64,000 nt of DNA from Burkholderiaceae bacterium (GCA_044370275.1 JBILVT010000001.1:10054-74053); one strand, 5' to 3'; positions 30,215 to 41,645 are shown, counted from the stretch's first letter. Notes: generated by a model from the sequence alone, not told the origin. Program-made: numbers and translations.

Positions 30215-30940
30215 CCACTGCGCGTGAAATCCGTTTTCGGTAACTCTCGCCGGGGGTGCTTTGCCGCTCAGCAGAACATCTAGGCCTGCCCGGGCGCTGT
30301 CGATCAACGGTACTGGCTGAGTCGCTTGAAGTTTTTCTGCGTATCCCGCAAGACCGGCGCCGCCCATGATGATTGCCTTAACCCCGCTTCGCACCGCATT
30401 GGTGCAAGCTTGTGCGAGACACCGACTTGCCATCTCGGGGTCTGCAAGCAGTTCTGCGCCGCTGGGCGCTACGGTTTCGATGTGGCGTAACCTTTCGCTA
30501 TAGCCGAGTGCCTGGGCCAGCCGTTGCAACATCGGCCTCCATCGCTCTCCGCCCGTGACGATTGCGAATTCTCCGTGAGTAGACGCCTCAATAAATGATG
30601 CTTCTGCTAAACCCGTGACAGGGCAGGCGCTGCTCTCCCGCAGAGCAAAAAGACCGGGATCACCAAAACAGCCAATCAGGACTCCGGCGGGGGCAGTCTG
30701 TGCCGTTGAAACTTGTTCGGCCCATATTTCAAGCATTGCGTGCGCAGCAACCGCATGGCTTGCCTCGCAGGCGATATAGCGCGCACCAAATCGGGCCGTG
30801 TGGCCATCAATTGAAACATTCGGCGGAAGCAGCGGTGTTAGCACCTGAAGCAGGCGCTTGGTGGTCGCGTCGCTGGTATTGGGGTTGATAAGCAAAATGC
30901 GTTTCGCTGCAGGTGACGGCATAAGAGTTTCCGATGACAT
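30182..30940 (-). CDS. Asp/Glu/hydantoin racemase-family protein
   Basis: ILLINPNTS, IGCFGDPGL, PVTGLAEA, GGAGL, PLIDS. Confidence 0.82.
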   Translation of the reverse strand: MSSETLMPSPAAKRILLINPNTSDATTKRLLQVLTPLLPPNVSIDGHTARFGARYIACEASHAVAAHAMLEIWAEQVSTAQTAPAGVLIGCFGDPGLFALRESSACPVTGLAEASFIEASTHGEFAIVTGGERWRPMLQRLAQALGYSERLRHIETVAPSGAELLADPEMASRCLAQACTNAVRSGVKAIIMGGAGLAGYAEKLQATQPVPLIDSARAGLDVLLSGKAPPARVTENGFHAQWSNVRLSTHRH

Positions 30941-31076
30941 AACAGGTATAAGAAAAAGTTCGGCCCGATTCGATGCGCTGCGCTGTCGCTCTATACTAGC
31001 GGGACTGGCATACGCGTTCCCTGCGGACTAGCCAGCAAAACTACCTCCCCTAATAGAGTCTTCGAAAGGATTCACT

Positions 31077-32057
31077 ATGAAGCGTCGTGAAGTACTTGTG
31101 GCAGGCGCCGCTGCGCTTGCTGCCCCATGGGTTTGTGCACAGAGCCAGGCCTGGCCCACCCGAAACCCGATTCGCCTGATGGTTCAGTACCCCCCAGGTG
31201 GATTGGTTGATACTGTTGCCAGACTAATGGCGCCCCATCTGTCTCAGGCGCTGAATCAGTCGGTCATTGTGGATAACAAACCTGGCGCAGGTGGACTAAT
31301 TGGTACTGATTTGGCATCAAAGCAGCCCGCAGATGGCTATACGCTCTTAGTCAGCCACGCTTCAGTCCATATCTACGCCACTGCCACCCGCAAATCGATG
31401 CCGTTTGATCCAGTTGGCGATTTCACGCACATGGGGATGTTGGTCGAGGCACCCATGACACTGCTGGTCCGCGCTCAGTCGCCGTATCAGACACTGGCAC
31501 AGTATGTGGCCGCCGCGAAAGTCAAACCGGTCCGCTATGGGTCTTCCGGAATTGGATCTGCAAATCATCTTTATGGCGAGCTTTTGAAACTGGAAGGTCC
31601 GGCACCGCAGCATGATCATGTTCCGTATCAGGGCAGTGCTCCCGCGATGCAGGATTTGCTCGGCGGCAGTATTGATAGCCTTTTTGATCCCATCACGACC
31701 AACACGGCTCAGTTAAAAGCTGGCGCTTTGCGTGCGCTGGCGATTTCGACTCCAGCGCGGCTTCCGGCATTTCCGAACATTCCAACGTTTGCTGAGGCGG
31801 GATTCCCATCGCTGACCGGTTCACAGTGGCTTGGATTGTCGGCACCTAAAAATCTGCCCGCCCCGATCGTGCAGCGGCTTACGGCTTTGATTCCGGAGAT
31901 TATGAGCAAGCCCGACATCATGTCCCGGCTTGAGGAGCTCCAGACGCTGCCGCGTAAGACCCCCGTGGTCGGTGAAGATTTTGTGAAGCTGATTCGCTCA
32001 CAAATCACGACATGGACAGCTGTTGCAAAGAAAGCAAAAGTCGAGGTCATCACTTAA
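31077..32057 (+). CDS. Bug/TctC-family solute receptor
   Basis: YPPGGLVD, DNKPGAGG, ADGYTLL, YGSSGIGS, HVPYQGSAPA. Confidence 0.9.
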   Translation: MKRREVLVAGAAALAAPWVCAQSQAWPTRNPIRLMVQYPPGGLVDTVARLMAPHLSQALNQSVIVDNKPGAGGLIGTDLASKQPADGYTLLVSHASVHIYATATRKSMPFDPVGDFTHMGMLVEAPMTLLVRAQSPYQTLAQYVAAAKVKPVRYGSSGIGSANHLYGELLKLEGPAPQHDHVPYQGSAPAMQDLLGGSIDSLFDPITTNTAQLKAGALRALAISTPARLPAFPNIPTFAEAGFPSLTGSQWLGLSAPKNLPAPIVQRLTALIPEIMSKPDIMSRLEELQTLPRKTPVVGEDFVKLIRSQITTWTAVAKKAKVEVIT

Positions 32058-32083
32058 TCGACGAGTTGTTATCCAATTGGATA

Positions 32084-32114
32084 GGGCTGCCTACGGGCAG
32101 CCCATTTTGTTTTT
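32084..32114 (+). terminator. Rho-independent terminator
   Basis: GGGCTGCC-TACG-GGCAGCCC perfect 8-bp stem then ATTTTGTTTTT. Confidence 0.8.
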
Positions 32115-32152
32115 CTGTAGTCTGGAATTTTTTGTAGTGAGTTAGGCTAAAA

Positions 32153-32794
32153 ATGACTGAAGTTGATTTCGAGCAACTCGATACTTATCCCCGCTACAAA
32201 TTGATGGCGAGTCTGATTATTCCTCGGCCGATTGCCCTGGTGACGACACTCGGGGCGAATGGTGTCGCGAATGCCGCACCCTTTTCCATGTTTAATATGG
32301 TGGGTGAAGACCCACCGATTCTGATGATCAGCATTAATCGGCTTACTGATGGCCGATTAAAAGATACTGCTGCAAATATTTTGCATAACGGCGAGTTTGT
32401 CGTGCATATGTCGGATGAGCCAATGGCGCAAAAAATGCATGATTGCGGTAAAGCATTTCCTTCTGATGTCAGCGAACTTGCAGCGGTAGGGCTTACGCCC
32501 GTGCCGTCACGCTGCGTGGCACCGCCCCGGATACAAGAGTCGCCCGTGGCATTTGAATGCGTTTTGCACGAAAAACTCGAGACTGAGAGTCGTTATGTCT
32601 TTATCGGACGTATTCGCTGGCTAGCAGCCCGTGATGGGCTCATCGATACCACGGCGTGGAGAGTTAACTTAAGAGAGTACAGCCCGATCGCACGATTTGG
32701 GGCCAGCTTTTACACTCGCACAAACGACCGTTTTTCTTTGAATGACGCCCCGCAGGAGGCACCGCCTGCAACAACTTCGATCGATCAGTTGTGA
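32153..32794 (+). CDS. Flavin reductase-like FMN-binding protein
   Basis: IIPRPIALVTT, NAAPFSMFN, KDTAANI, GEFVV, PPRIQESPVAFEC. Confidence 0.85.
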   Translation: MTEVDFEQLDTYPRYKLMASLIIPRPIALVTTLGANGVANAAPFSMFNMVGEDPPILMISINRLTDGRLKDTAANILHNGEFVVHMSDEPMAQKMHDCGKAFPSDVSELAAVGLTPVPSRCVAPPRIQESPVAFECVLHEKLETESRYVFIGRIRWLAARDGLIDTTAWRVNLREYSPIARFGASFYTRTNDRFSLNDAPQEAPPATTSIDQL

Positions 32795-32837
32795 CCACTG
32801 ATCGTTGGAGCTTCGGGGAAGCGAAGCTAGCATGGAT

Positions 32838-32849
32838 TTGTCTAGACAG
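32838..32849. promoter_or_regulatory. Putative HutC operator 1
   Basis: TTGTCTAGACAG containing perfect palindrome TGTCTAGACA; resembles the HutC site TGTA-N2-(T/G)ACA; upstream of a hutC-containing operon. Confidence 0.55.
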
Positions 32850-32973
32850 CAAGACGGTGCATCTCCGGATGTTTCCTGGCGGCCTCAAGAATCAAGATTC
32901 CTGGGCCTGACCCGTCTTTTTCTGGTCCAGTTGCGACCACTTTCAGTGGTGTCTTGCGTGGGTGTTTTCTACC

Positions 32974-32985
32974 CTGTATAGACAG
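32974..32985. promoter_or_regulatory. Putative HutC operator 2 overlapping a possible sigma70 -10
   Basis: CTGTATAGACAG near-palindrome matching the enteric hut operator core TGTATAGACA; TTGCGT(32954)-17 bp-TATAGA(32977). Confidence 0.7.
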
Positions 32986-33064
32986 ACTGGTGTACGCCAA
33001 ACAAAGGGGGCCAAGGATTTCGATTCGCCGCCAAGGCGGACATTCTTTTAGGAGGAATTTTTCT

Positions 33065-34021
33065 ATGCGCTCGTCTCTTTTTAAAACGGCGGTCCTGACC
33101 GCCTTTTGTGCCAGCGTGGCCGTCTCTGCGCATGCACAAGAAACCAAACTTGCATTAGGCATGTCGGGATGGACTGGTTTTGCCCCCCTGACACTGGCCG
33201 ATAAGGCTGGCATCTTTAAAAAGCATGGCCTTGATGTTGAGATCAAGATGATTCCCCAGAAGGATCGCCACTTGGCGCTTGCCTCAAAGTCGATTCAGTG
33301 CGCAGCGACAACAGTTGAGACGCACGTTGCTTGGAATGCGAACGGTGTGCCGATAGTTCAGATCTTCCAGCTGGATAAATCGTTCGGCGCAGATGGGATC
33401 GCTGTTCGGGCAAACATTAATAAGTTTGCGGATCTCAAAGGCAAGACCATCAGCGTAGACGCCCCGGGCACTGCACCTTATTTTGGTCTGGCCTGGATGC
33501 TGAGCAAAAATGGCATGAGCATGAAAGACGTAAAGACAGTGACGATGTCTCCCCAGGCGGCAGCCCAAGCCTTTGTAACCGGCCAAAATGATGCCGCCAT
33601 GACCTACGAGCCTTTTCTTTCGACGGTGCGTGCCAATCCTTCTGCGGGAAAAATTATGGCCACGACTCTGGATTACCCCATGGTGATGGATACGGTGGGA
33701 TGCGCCCCGGATTGGCTCAAAGCCAATCCTAAGGCGGCGCGGAGTCTTGCGAATGCTTATTTTGATGCGTTGGAGATGATCAAGAATGAGCCTGCGAAGT
33801 CGAATGAGATCATGGGTGCGGCGGTCAAGCAGACTGGCGAGGCGTTTGCAAAGTCGGCCTCGTATTTGCGCTGGCAGGATCGGGCCGCAAACCAGAAGTT
33901 TTTTGCCGGAGAGCTTCAGGCCTTCATGAAAGACGCAGCCGCGATCCTTCTTGAGGCTGGAGTGATTCGTAGCATTCCCAATAACTTTGATGCGATGTAC
34001 GACACCAGCTTCCTTAAGTGA
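33065..34021 (+). CDS. NitT/TauT-family ABC substrate-binding protein (hut-associated)
   Basis: Signal peptide, SGWTGFAPL, SFGADGI, DLKGKTI, TYEPF; RBS AGGAGG upstream of ATG 33065. Confidence 0.85.
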   Translation: MRSSLFKTAVLTAFCASVAVSAHAQETKLALGMSGWTGFAPLTLADKAGIFKKHGLDVEIKMIPQKDRHLALASKSIQCAATTVETHVAWNANGVPIVQIFQLDKSFGADGIAVRANINKFADLKGKTISVDAPGTAPYFGLAWMLSKNGMSMKDVKTVTMSPQAAAQAFVTGQNDAAMTYEPFLSTVRANPSAGKIMATTLDYPMVMDTVGCAPDWLKANPKAARSLANAYFDALEMIKNEPAKSNEIMGAAVKQTGEAFAKSASYLRWQDRAANQKFFAGELQAFMKDAAAILLEAGVIRSIPNNFDAMYDTSFLK

Positions 34022-34863
34022 GCAACCGCAGCACTACTGTTGCATCTGATACACCGGCGGTTGTTCTCGGAAGGGCCAGCCGCCGGAAACGGGCACCTCT
34101 AGAGCCAGTCAGCACGGCTGCACGATGGGGCCTTGCGCTAGCCTTTTTCGTTTTGTTTTTTCTGGTTTGGGCTTTTTTCACGATTGGGGGCTATGTCTCG
34201 CCCACTTTTTTGGCGAGCCCAATCACGATGGTAAGAGAAGGCTGGCTGCTCTTTGTTGAATTTAACTTTATCCATGACATCGGCATGACCGTATGGCGAG
34301 TGATGGGGGGCTTTATCCTGGCAGCAGTAATTGCTGTGCCGCTTGGGATCGTGATGGGTGCTCACAAGGGGGTCGAGGCTTTCGTGGAGCCTTTCGTGTC
34401 GTTTTGTCGATACCTGCCCGCCTCGGCGTTCATCCCGCTGCTTATTCTTTGGGCTGGAATCGGTGAGCTTCAGAAAATTCTTGTGATTTTTATCGGTTCT
34501 GTTTTTCAAATTATTTTGATGGTCGCGGTGACGGTCGGGGCTGCTCGCAGGGATCTAGTCGAAGCGGCCTACACCTTGGGTGCCTCGCCGCGGGGGATAG
34601 TTCGGCGCGTCCTGATTCCCGGCGCCGCCCCCGAGATCGCTGAGACCCTACGCCTAGTCCTGGGCTGGGCATGGACTTATGTCATCGTCGCGGAGTTGAT
34701 CGGCTCTTCTTCAGGCATTGGCCACATGATTACCGACAGTCAGGCCCTACTGAACACCGGCCAGATTATTTTCGGCATCATCGTGATTGGCTTGATTGGA
34801 TTGATTTCTGATTTTGCGTTTAAGGCTTTTAACAGGCGGCTTTTTACATGGAGTTCGCTCTGA
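34018..34863 (+). CDS. NitT/TauT-family ABC permease
   Basis: RYLPASAFIPLLILWAGIGE, EAAYTLGA, WAWTYVIVAELIG. Confidence 0.9.
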   Translation: MSNRSTTVASDTPAVVLGRASRRKRAPLEPVSTAARWGLALAFFVLFFLVWAFFTIGGYVSPTFLASPITMVREGWLLFVEFNFIHDIGMTVWRVMGGFILAAVIAVPLGIVMGAHKGVEAFVEPFVSFCRYLPASAFIPLLILWAGIGELQKILVIFIGSVFQIILMVAVTVGAARRDLVEAAYTLGASPRGIVRRVLIPGAAPEIAETLRLVLGWAWTYVIVAELIGSSSGIGHMITDSQALLNTGQIIFGIIVIGLIGLISDFAFKAFNRRLFTWSSL

Positions 34864-34905
34864 TGAATATACTGTTGAGCCCTGCTGAGCGTAGCAGTTA
34901 AGACA

Positions 34906-35685
34906 ATGATCAAGCTCGCTATACAAGGTGTATCTCGCGTTTTTATCGGAGCCAAGGGCGCCAAAACTGAGGCCCTTACGCCAATTGATTTTAATGTTCG
35001 AGAAAATGACTTCGTCACCATTCTTGGGCCATCAGGTTGCGGCAAGTCCACTCTGTTACGCATCGTTGCAGGGCTCGATCAGCCCACGACGGGGAACATC
35101 TTGCTTGATGGCAATCCCGTTGAAGGCCCGGGTGCTGAGCGCGGCATGGTCTTCCAAAGCTATACCCTTTTCCCTTGGTTAACTGTGGAGCAGAACATTT
35201 GCTTTGGCATGCGGGAGTGCGGCACTCCAGAGCGCGTACAAAAAGAGCGGGCTGCTTATTTCATTGCCAAGGTAGGTCTTAGGGGGTTTGAGCAGCATTA
35301 CCCGAAGCAGCTCTCCGGTGGAATGCAGCAGCGCACAGCGATTGCCCGAGCCCTGGCCAATGACCCAAAAATTCTTTTAATGGACGAGCCTTTTGGTGCT
35401 TTGGACAACCAGACTCGGGTTTTGATGCAGGAGCTCTTGCTCGGTATTTGGGAGTCTGCTCAAAAGACAGTGCTTTTTGTCACGCATGACATCGACGAGG
35501 CGATCTTTATGGCCAATCGCGTCGTTGTGTTCACGGCCCGGCCGGGCCGAATTAAGACCGAGCTCAACGTCGATCTTCCGCATCCTCGTCACTACACGAT
35601 CAAGACATCTCCAGAATTCATGGCCCTGAAGGCGCGGCTGACAGAGGAAATCCGGGCAGAGTCTATGGCTGCCGTTGAGCATTGA
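34906..35685 (+). CDS. NitT/TauT-family ABC ATPase
   Basis: GPSGCGKSTL, VFQSYTLFPWL, LSGGMQQR, DEPFGALD, VTHDIDEA. Confidence 0.92.
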   Translation: MIKLAIQGVSRVFIGAKGAKTEALTPIDFNVRENDFVTILGPSGCGKSTLLRIVAGLDQPTTGNILLDGNPVEGPGAERGMVFQSYTLFPWLTVEQNICFGMRECGTPERVQKERAAYFIAKVGLRGFEQHYPKQLSGGMQQRTAIARALANDPKILLMDEPFGALDNQTRVLMQELLLGIWESAQKTVLFVTHDIDEAIFMANRVVVFTARPGRIKTELNVDLPHPRHYTIKTSPEFMALKARLTEEIRAESMAAVEH

Positions 35686-35746
35686 ATGTGTAACCTTAAT
35701 AGTGCGCGGCCTGACTTGAAACAACCTGAACTCGCCGCCTAAGACC

Positions 35747-36535
35747 ATGGCTCGCACTGCTGTCGCCTTGAAATCACTCGTTAGTCAGCGCCACCACACA
35801 CCGGCGAGAAAGGCGGGTGCAGTAGCGCTGTATCAGCAGATCAAAGATTTGGTCTCACGACAGATCCAGGATGGCACGCTTCGGCCAGGAGATCGATTGC
35901 CCTCTGAGCATGAGCTGGTCGCTAAGTTTGGTATGTCGCGAATGACGGTGAATCGCGCGCTGCGTGAGTTGGCAGCGCAGGGCCGCATTGTACGGATCGC
36001 CGGAGTCGGCAGCTTTGTCAGTGAGCAAAAGCCGCATTTGACACTATTGAGAATTGCGAATTTGGCGAGCGAGATTCGTCAGCGAGGCCATGAGTATCGG
36101 TGCGAAATGATCACGCTGGAGCGCGTGGCTGCACCGCTCGAGGTCGCTGCTGCTTTAGAGCTCCGCACCGGTGAGTTGGTCTATCACTCGGTCTGCGTTC
36201 ATTACGAGGATCGCGTGGCAGTCCAGCTTGAGGACCGTTATGTGAACCCGCAATTGGCGCCCGATTTCGTACAACAAGATTTCAGTCAGCAGCAGCCTTC
36301 GGAGTATCTCGTGCGCAACGTGCCATTTGATGAGATAGAGCATGTGGTCGACGCGGTACTCCCCACCTCGGAGCAGGCACTTCGCCTGCAGGTAGATCCA
36401 AGCCAGCCTTGCTTGCTGCTGACCCGAAGAACCTGGACGCGGGGCGTTCCGGTAACGCTTGTGCGATGTTTTCATCCCTCCCGATATCGACTGGGCAGTC
36501 GATATCGTGCAGACGGCAACCCAAGCTCTCCGTAG
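35747..36535 (+). CDS. hutC: Histidine utilization repressor (GntR + UTRA)
   Basis: LPSEHELV, SRMTVNRALREL, GVGSFV, QLEDRYVNP, EHVVDAV, CLLLTRRTW. Confidence 0.92.
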   Translation: MARTAVALKSLVSQRHHTPARKAGAVALYQQIKDLVSRQIQDGTLRPGDRLPSEHELVAKFGMSRMTVNRALRELAAQGRIVRIAGVGSFVSEQKPHLTLLRIANLASEIRQRGHEYRCEMITLERVAAPLEVAAALELRTGELVYHSVCVHYEDRVAVQLEDRYVNPQLAPDFVQQDFSQQQPSEYLVRNVPFDEIEHVVDAVLPTSEQALRLQVDPSQPCLLLTRRTWTRGVPVTLVRCFHPSRYRLGSRYRADGNPSSP

Positions 36536-36544
36536 GCTCGTAAG

Positions 36545-38059
36545 TTGACTCCGGGTGCCGTGACCTTGGCCCAGTGGCGCGAGATTTATCACGGCGCCTT
36601 ACCCCAGCTCGATCCGGCCTGCCGGGAGGAGGTGAAGTCGAGTGCGGAGACCGTCGAGCGTATGGTCGCTGCCGGGGATCCTATTTATGGCGTGAACACA
36701 GGTTTTGGAAAATTAGCGAGTGTGCGTATCCCAGCCCAAGACCTGGAGCGCTTACAGCGCAATATTGTGCTTTCGCATGCGGCTGGCGTGGGAGATGACA
36801 CAGCGCCTCAAGTGACTCGGCTGATGATGGCTTTAAAACTTGCAAGCCTGGCTCAGGGAGCCTCAGGAATTCGTTTGGCCACCTTAGATCTGCTGGAGGC
36901 GATGCTCACTCGAGACATTATTCCCGTCGTGCCAGCTCAGGGCTCGGTAGGGGCATCGGGCGACCTGGCGCCGTTGTCACACATGACAGCCGTCATGATT
37001 GGAGTGGGGGAGGCCGATACTCCCGAGGGCCGCCTGCCTGCGATACAGGCGTTAGAACGTGTCGGGCTGCGGCCGGTGATCCTGGGGCCCAAAGAGGGAC
37101 TAGCACTCCTCAACGGCACCCAGTTCTCAACAGCCCATGCCCTAGCGGCGCTATTTGATACTGATGTTTTGTTTCAGTCCGCTCTCGTGACAGGCGCTTT
37201 GTCGACCGATGCCGCTAAGGGTTCTGATGCACCATTTGACCCAAGAATTCATGCGCTCAGAAGGCATAAGGGCCAGATAGCGACAGCACAGGCCTTACGA
37301 CAATTACTGGCAGGTAGCGCCATTCGGTCCTCCCACCTCAGGGGTGATGAGCGCGTACAGGATCCCTACTGCCTTCGTTGTCAGCCGCAGGTCATGGGGG
37401 CATGTCTCGACATGTTGCGATTTGCTGCATCTATTTTAGAGACTGAGGCCAATGGAGTCTCGGATAACCCACTCATCTTTGGCGCTGAGCGTGGTGGAGA
37501 GGCCCTGTCGGGGGGGAATTTTCATGCGGAGCCAGTGGCTTTTGCGGCCGACGTGATTGCGATGGCTATCTGTGAAATCGGTTCGCTGGCCGAGCGCCGT
37601 ATCGCGATGTTGGTGGATCCGGCTTTATCAGGGCTTCCGGCTTTCCTTACGCCAAAGCCGGGACTGAACTCGGGCTTCATGATTCCGCAGGTAACGGCCG
37701 CTGCACTCGTGTCGGAGAATAAGCAACGCGCCTATCCTGCAAGCGTTGACTCAATACCGACATCGGCAAATCAAGAGGACCATGTTTCGATGGCGGCGCA
37801 CGCAACCCGAAGACTCAGGCCGATGGTGGACAATGCCCTCAGCATTATTTCGATCGAATGGCTGTGTGCGGCGCAGGGCTGTGACTTTCACGCCCCGCTT
37901 ACCTCGAGCGCGAAGCTTGAAACCGTACGGACCCGCCTTCGGGCTCGCATTCCTCGGCTGACCGAAGACCGCTACATTTATCCTGATCTGCAGGCTGCCC
38001 TTGAGCTGGTGCGCGACGAGCAGTTGATTCAAGGACTTGATCTGCCTTCTTTAATCTAA
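36545..38059 (+). CDS. hutH: Histidine ammonia-lyase
   Basis: [20 protein letters not shown] motif [35 protein letters not shown]. Confidence 0.95.
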   Translation: MTPGAVTLAQWREIYHGALPQLDPACREEVKSSAETVERMVAAGDPIYGVNTGFGKLASVRIPAQDLERLQRNIVLSHAAGVGDDTAPQVTRLMMALKLASLAQGASGIRLATLDLLEAMLTRDIIPVVPAQGSVGASGDLAPLSHMTAVMIGVGEADTPEGRLPAIQALERVGLRPVILGPKEGLALLNGTQFSTAHALAALFDTDVLFQSALVTGALSTDAAKGSDAPFDPRIHALRRHKGQIATAQALRQLLAGSAIRSSHLRGDERVQDPYCLRCQPQVMGACLDMLRFAASILETEANGVSDNPLIFGAERGGEALSGGNFHAEPVAFAADVIAMAICEIGSLAERRIAMLVDPALSGLPAFLTPKPGLNSGFMIPQVTAAALVSENKQRAYPASVDSIPTSANQEDHVSMAAHATRRLRPMVDNALSIISIEWLCAAQGCDFHAPLTSSAKLETVRTRLRARIPRLTEDRYIYPDLQAALELVRDEQLIQGLDLPSLI

Positions 38060-38095
38060 ATGGATTCTTATTTTTGTGAGGAACGGGAGCAAAAC

Positions 38096-39814
38096 ATGAA
38101 TATAAACGACGCTATCTTTGAAAAAGAAACGGATCCTCGGCTTGATAACAGCCGGGTGATACGCGCGCCCCGCGGCCCACAACTGACTTGCAAGAATTGG
38201 GTCACCGAGGCGGCCTATCGCATGATTCAGAATAATCTCGATCCAGAGGTTGCCGAGCACCCTCAACATCTGGTGGTGTATGGCGGCATCGGCCGGGCTG
38301 CCCGCAATTGGGAATGTTTTGACCAGATCCTCGAGTCTCTGCGGAATCTGAACGAGGACGAATCTTTGTTGATTCAGTCCGGTAAACCTGTGGGCGTATT
38401 CAAAACCCATCCGAACGCGCCGCGGGTATTGCTGGCCAACTCCAATCTCGTACCCAAGTGGGCCACGTGGGAGCACTTCAGTGAACTCGATCGCAAGGGC
38501 CTGTTTATGTATGGGCAGATGACAGCAGGCAGCTGGATCTACATTGGCAGTCAGGGCATCGTGCAGGGAACATTTGAGACTTTTGTCGAGGCGGGTCGCC
38601 AGCACTTTAATAACGACCTCTCCGGAAAGTGGATTCTGACCGCCGGCCTTGGTGGCATGGGGGGCGCACAGCCTTTAGCGGCAACGCTGGCGGGTGCCTG
38701 CTCGCTCAACATTGAGTGTCAGCAAGCCAGCATCGACTTCAGGCTTCGCACTCGTTATGTTGATAAACAAGCAAAAGATGTGGACGACGCACTCGCACTG
38801 ATTCAGCACCACACCGCCTTAAAGGAGTCCGTCTCGATAGCGTTATTAGGAAACGCCGCAGAGGTCTTGCCAGAGCTTGTGCGTCGGGCCAAAGCAGGTG
38901 GTATCCGGCCCGATATTGTGACCGATCAGACATCGGCCCATGATTTGATCAACGGATATCTGCCTGCAGGCTGGAGTATCCCCCAGTGGAGAGCGGCACA
39001 AAACGATGTATCTCAGCATGCTGCATTAAAGTCGGCGGCAGCCCAGAGCTGTGCGACTCACGTGCGCGCGTTACTCGAGTTTCATGCAATGGGAATACCA
39101 ACCGTAGACTACGGCAATAACATTCGGCAGGTCGCCTTTGATGCGGGGGTGGAAAACGCCTTCGATTTTCCTGGATTTGTGCCGGCCTATATTCGGCCAA
39201 TGTTCTGCGAGGGTAAAGGCCCGTTTCGTTGGGTCGCGCTTTCGGGAGATCCCGAAGATATTTATAAGACCGATGCAAAAATCAAGGAGCTCTTCCCGCA
39301 AAATAAGCATACCCATCGATGGTTAGAGATGGCACGCGAGCGCATTCGTTTCCAGGGCCTGCCCGCGCGGATTTGCTGGCTGGGCCTGGGCGAGCGGCAT
39401 GTGGCCGGGCTAGCATTTAACGACATGGTGAGAAAAGGCGAGCTAAAAGCCCCGATTGTGATTGGCCGCGATCATTTGGATACTGGCTCAGTGGCGAGCC
39501 CTAACCGCGAAACCGAAGATATGCGAGACGGCACAGACGCGGTGAGTGACTGGCCGCTACTGAATGCGCTACTCAACACTGCAGGCGGCGCGAGCTGGGT
39601 CAGCCTGCACCATGGCGGCGGTGTTGGAATGGGCTACTCACAGCATTCAGGTATGGTGATCGTGGCGGATGGAAGCGACGCAGCAGCTGAGCGACTCGCT
39701 CGCGTGCTGGTCAATGATTGCGGCTCTGGGGTAATGCGTCATGCGGATGCGGGATATGATTTGGCCATTCAGACGGCCAACAAGTTCGGCCTGAAATTAC
39801 CAATGGTGCGCTAG
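38096..39814 (+). CDS. hutU: Urocanate hydratase
   Basis: [53 protein letters not shown]; alternative start 38060. Confidence 0.97.
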   Translation: MNINDAIFEKETDPRLDNSRVIRAPRGPQLTCKNWVTEAAYRMIQNNLDPEVAEHPQHLVVYGGIGRAARNWECFDQILESLRNLNEDESLLIQSGKPVGVFKTHPNAPRVLLANSNLVPKWATWEHFSELDRKGLFMYGQMTAGSWIYIGSQGIVQGTFETFVEAGRQHFNNDLSGKWILTAGLGGMGGAQPLAATLAGACSLNIECQQASIDFRLRTRYVDKQAKDVDDALALIQHHTALKESVSIALLGNAAEVLPELVRRAKAGGIRPDIVTDQTSAHDLINGYLPAGWSIPQWRAAQNDVSQHAALKSAAAQSCATHVRALLEFHAMGIPTVDYGNNIRQVAFDAGVENAFDFPGFVPAYIRPMFCEGKGPFRWVALSGDPEDIYKTDAKIKELFPQNKHTHRWLEMARERIRFQGLPARICWLGLGERHVAGLAFNDMVRKGELKAPIVIGRDHLDTGSVASPNRETEDMRDGTDAVSDWPLLNALLNTAGGASWVSLHHGGGVGMGYSQHSGMVIVADGSDAAAERLARVLVNDCGSGVMRHADAGYDLAIQTANKFGLKLPMVR

Positions 39815-40407
39815 TGCAGGCGAGTGTTTTTCATCGGTTTTATCGTGAGCAACTGCCGTGCGTACCATGGAAAAATGGCGGTGGCGTCACTCGCGAGATT
39901 GCCTGCTATCCGGCTGGCGCAGATCTTCAGTCGTTTGAGTGGCGGATTAGCATTGCGGATATTACGCATGATGGGCCTTTTTCCGATTTTTCGGGCATCG
40001 ATCGGGTGACTACCTTACTCTCCGGGAAGGGCGTTCGGCTGGTGAGCCAGCAAGGTGAGAAGGGCGACATTGATCATCTTTTGGATGAGCCGTTTCAGCC
40101 CTTTTATTTTTCGGGGGATCTTCCGATCACAGCCGACCTGCTTGATGGCCCTTGTCAGGACTTCAATGTGATGACGCGACGCGGTGTCTGCGCCGCGCAG
40201 GTCTCGATATGTCGAAACTCCAACAGACTCGGCCCAGCGCCGGCGGGAGTATTGATGTCCTTATTCGGCGCCTGGCACTTGAATACTGAAACGCTCGATC
40301 CGGGGCAGGGCCTGTGGTGGTCGGATAAGCAAGTCTCATGGACCGCATCGCCTCAGACCAAAGAGGCGACGTTATTGGCGGCACTCATTCATCCGGTGAG
40401 GGTATGA
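39814..40407 (+). CDS. hutD: HutD/Ves-family protein
   Basis: [35 protein letters not shown]. Confidence 0.9.
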   Translation: MQASVFHRFYREQLPCVPWKNGGGVTREIACYPAGADLQSFEWRISIADITHDGPFSDFSGIDRVTTLLSGKGVRLVSQQGEKGDIDHLLDEPFQPFYFSGDLPITADLLDGPCQDFNVMTRRGVCAAQVSICRNSNRLGPAPAGVLMSLFGAWHLNTETLDPGQGLWWSDKQVSWTASPQTKEATLLAALIHPVRV

Positions 40408-41645
40408 ATTTCGGTTCAGCAATGCCAAGCGCTGATGGCGTCTGGACCGATCTTCGTCTCGCGCCCGAGGCGCTCGGGGCGGGCGAACAGGCTTCTCGCG
40501 ATTCCGCCATTGTCGTCTCCAACGGCACCATTGTCTGGATTGGCAGCCAGCGCGCTTTGCCAGCGCTTTACGCATCCATGAGTCGCCATCTCGGACGAGG
40601 CGCATTGGTCACGCCCGGTTTGATTGACTGCCATACTCATCTGGTCTACGGTGGTCAACGTGCCAATGAGTTTGCGATGCGCTTGGCCGGTGCCAGCTAC
40701 GAAGAGGTCGCGCGTGCTGGAGGTGGTATTTTGTCCAGCGTTCGGGCTACGCGCGCTGCTAGTGAAGACGAGTTATTTGCTCAGGCACTGCCAAGACTTC
40801 AATCCCTTTTGGCTGAGGGTGTCTGTGCGATTGAGATCAAATCCGGCTACGGACTGAATCTGACTTATGAGCGGGCTCAACTCCGTGTAGCTCGCCGGCT
40901 TGCCGAGCATTGCGGCGTGACTGTGCGCACCACATTTCTTGGCGCCCATGCGTTGCCCCCTGAATACTCGGGAGAAAGCCAGGCTTATATTGATCTTGTC
41001 TGCAAAGAGATGATGCCGGCACTTGCCTCCGAGGGTCTGATTGATGCTGTGGATGCATTTTGCGAGACTATTGGATTCTCGCTCTCCGAAACCGAACAAG
41101 TATTTCGTGCTGCCCAGGATTTGAAATTACCCGTGAAATTACATGCAGAGCAGCTTTCGAATATGGGGGGAGCAGCGCTCGCAGCCCGTTACGGCGCGCT
41201 CTCCTGCGATCATATTGAACATCTTGATGCGGAGGGCATCGCGGAAATGCGGCAGGCGGGAACTGTCGCGGTCTTGCTGCCCGGCGCCTATTATTTTTTG
41301 CGTGATACGCATCTACCGCCTGTTCGCGCGCTGCGTGAAGCCGGTGTGCCGATGGCGGTCTCCACTGATCACAATCCTGGTACCTCGCCGGCGCTCAGTC
41401 TGTTGTTGATGATGAATATGGCCTGCACGCTGTTTCGGCTGACCGTGCCTGAGGTTCTCGCCGGGGTGACCCGTCACGCAGCGCGCGCCCTGGGACTCTC
41501 CGAGACGCATGGTCTGATCGGAAAGGGCAGGCCCGCCAACTTTGTTCTCTGGCCGGTAGATGAGCCTGCCGAGTTAGCCTACTGGTTGGGCCACAAACCG
41601 ATGCCGACTGTTGTACGACAAGGCCGAATAGTGCAAGGGGGCTAG
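40404..41645 (+). CDS. hutI: Imidazolonepropionase
   Basis: [48 protein letters not shown]. Confidence 0.95.
   Translation: MNFGSAMPSADGVWTDLRLAPEALGAGEQASRDSAIVVSNGTIVWIGSQRALPALYASMSRHLGRGALVTPGLIDCHTHLVYGGQRANEFAMRLAGASYEEVARAGGGILSSVRATRAASEDELFAQALPRLQSLLAEGVCAIEIKSGYGLNLTYERAQLRVARRLAEHCGVTVRTTFLGAHALPPEYSGESQAYIDLVCKEMMPALASEGLIDAVDAFCETIGFSLSETEQVFRAAQDLKLPVKLHAEQLSNMGGAALAARYGALSCDHIEHLDAEGIAEMRQAGTVAVLLPGAYYFLRDTHLPPVRALREAGVPMAVSTDHNPGTSPALSLLLMMNMACTLFRLTVPEVLAGVTRHAARALGLSETHGLIGKGRPANFVLWPVDEPAELAYWLGHKPMPTVVRQGRIVQGG

Noticed and set aside
32830-33060. Guanidine-I (ykkC) riboswitch before the TauT-type ABC transporter
   Set aside because: Only CTGGTCC resembles it; the conserved CTAGGGTTCCG and GGGAYAAAAGCCCGGGAG elements are missing, and HutC-like operators explain the region better
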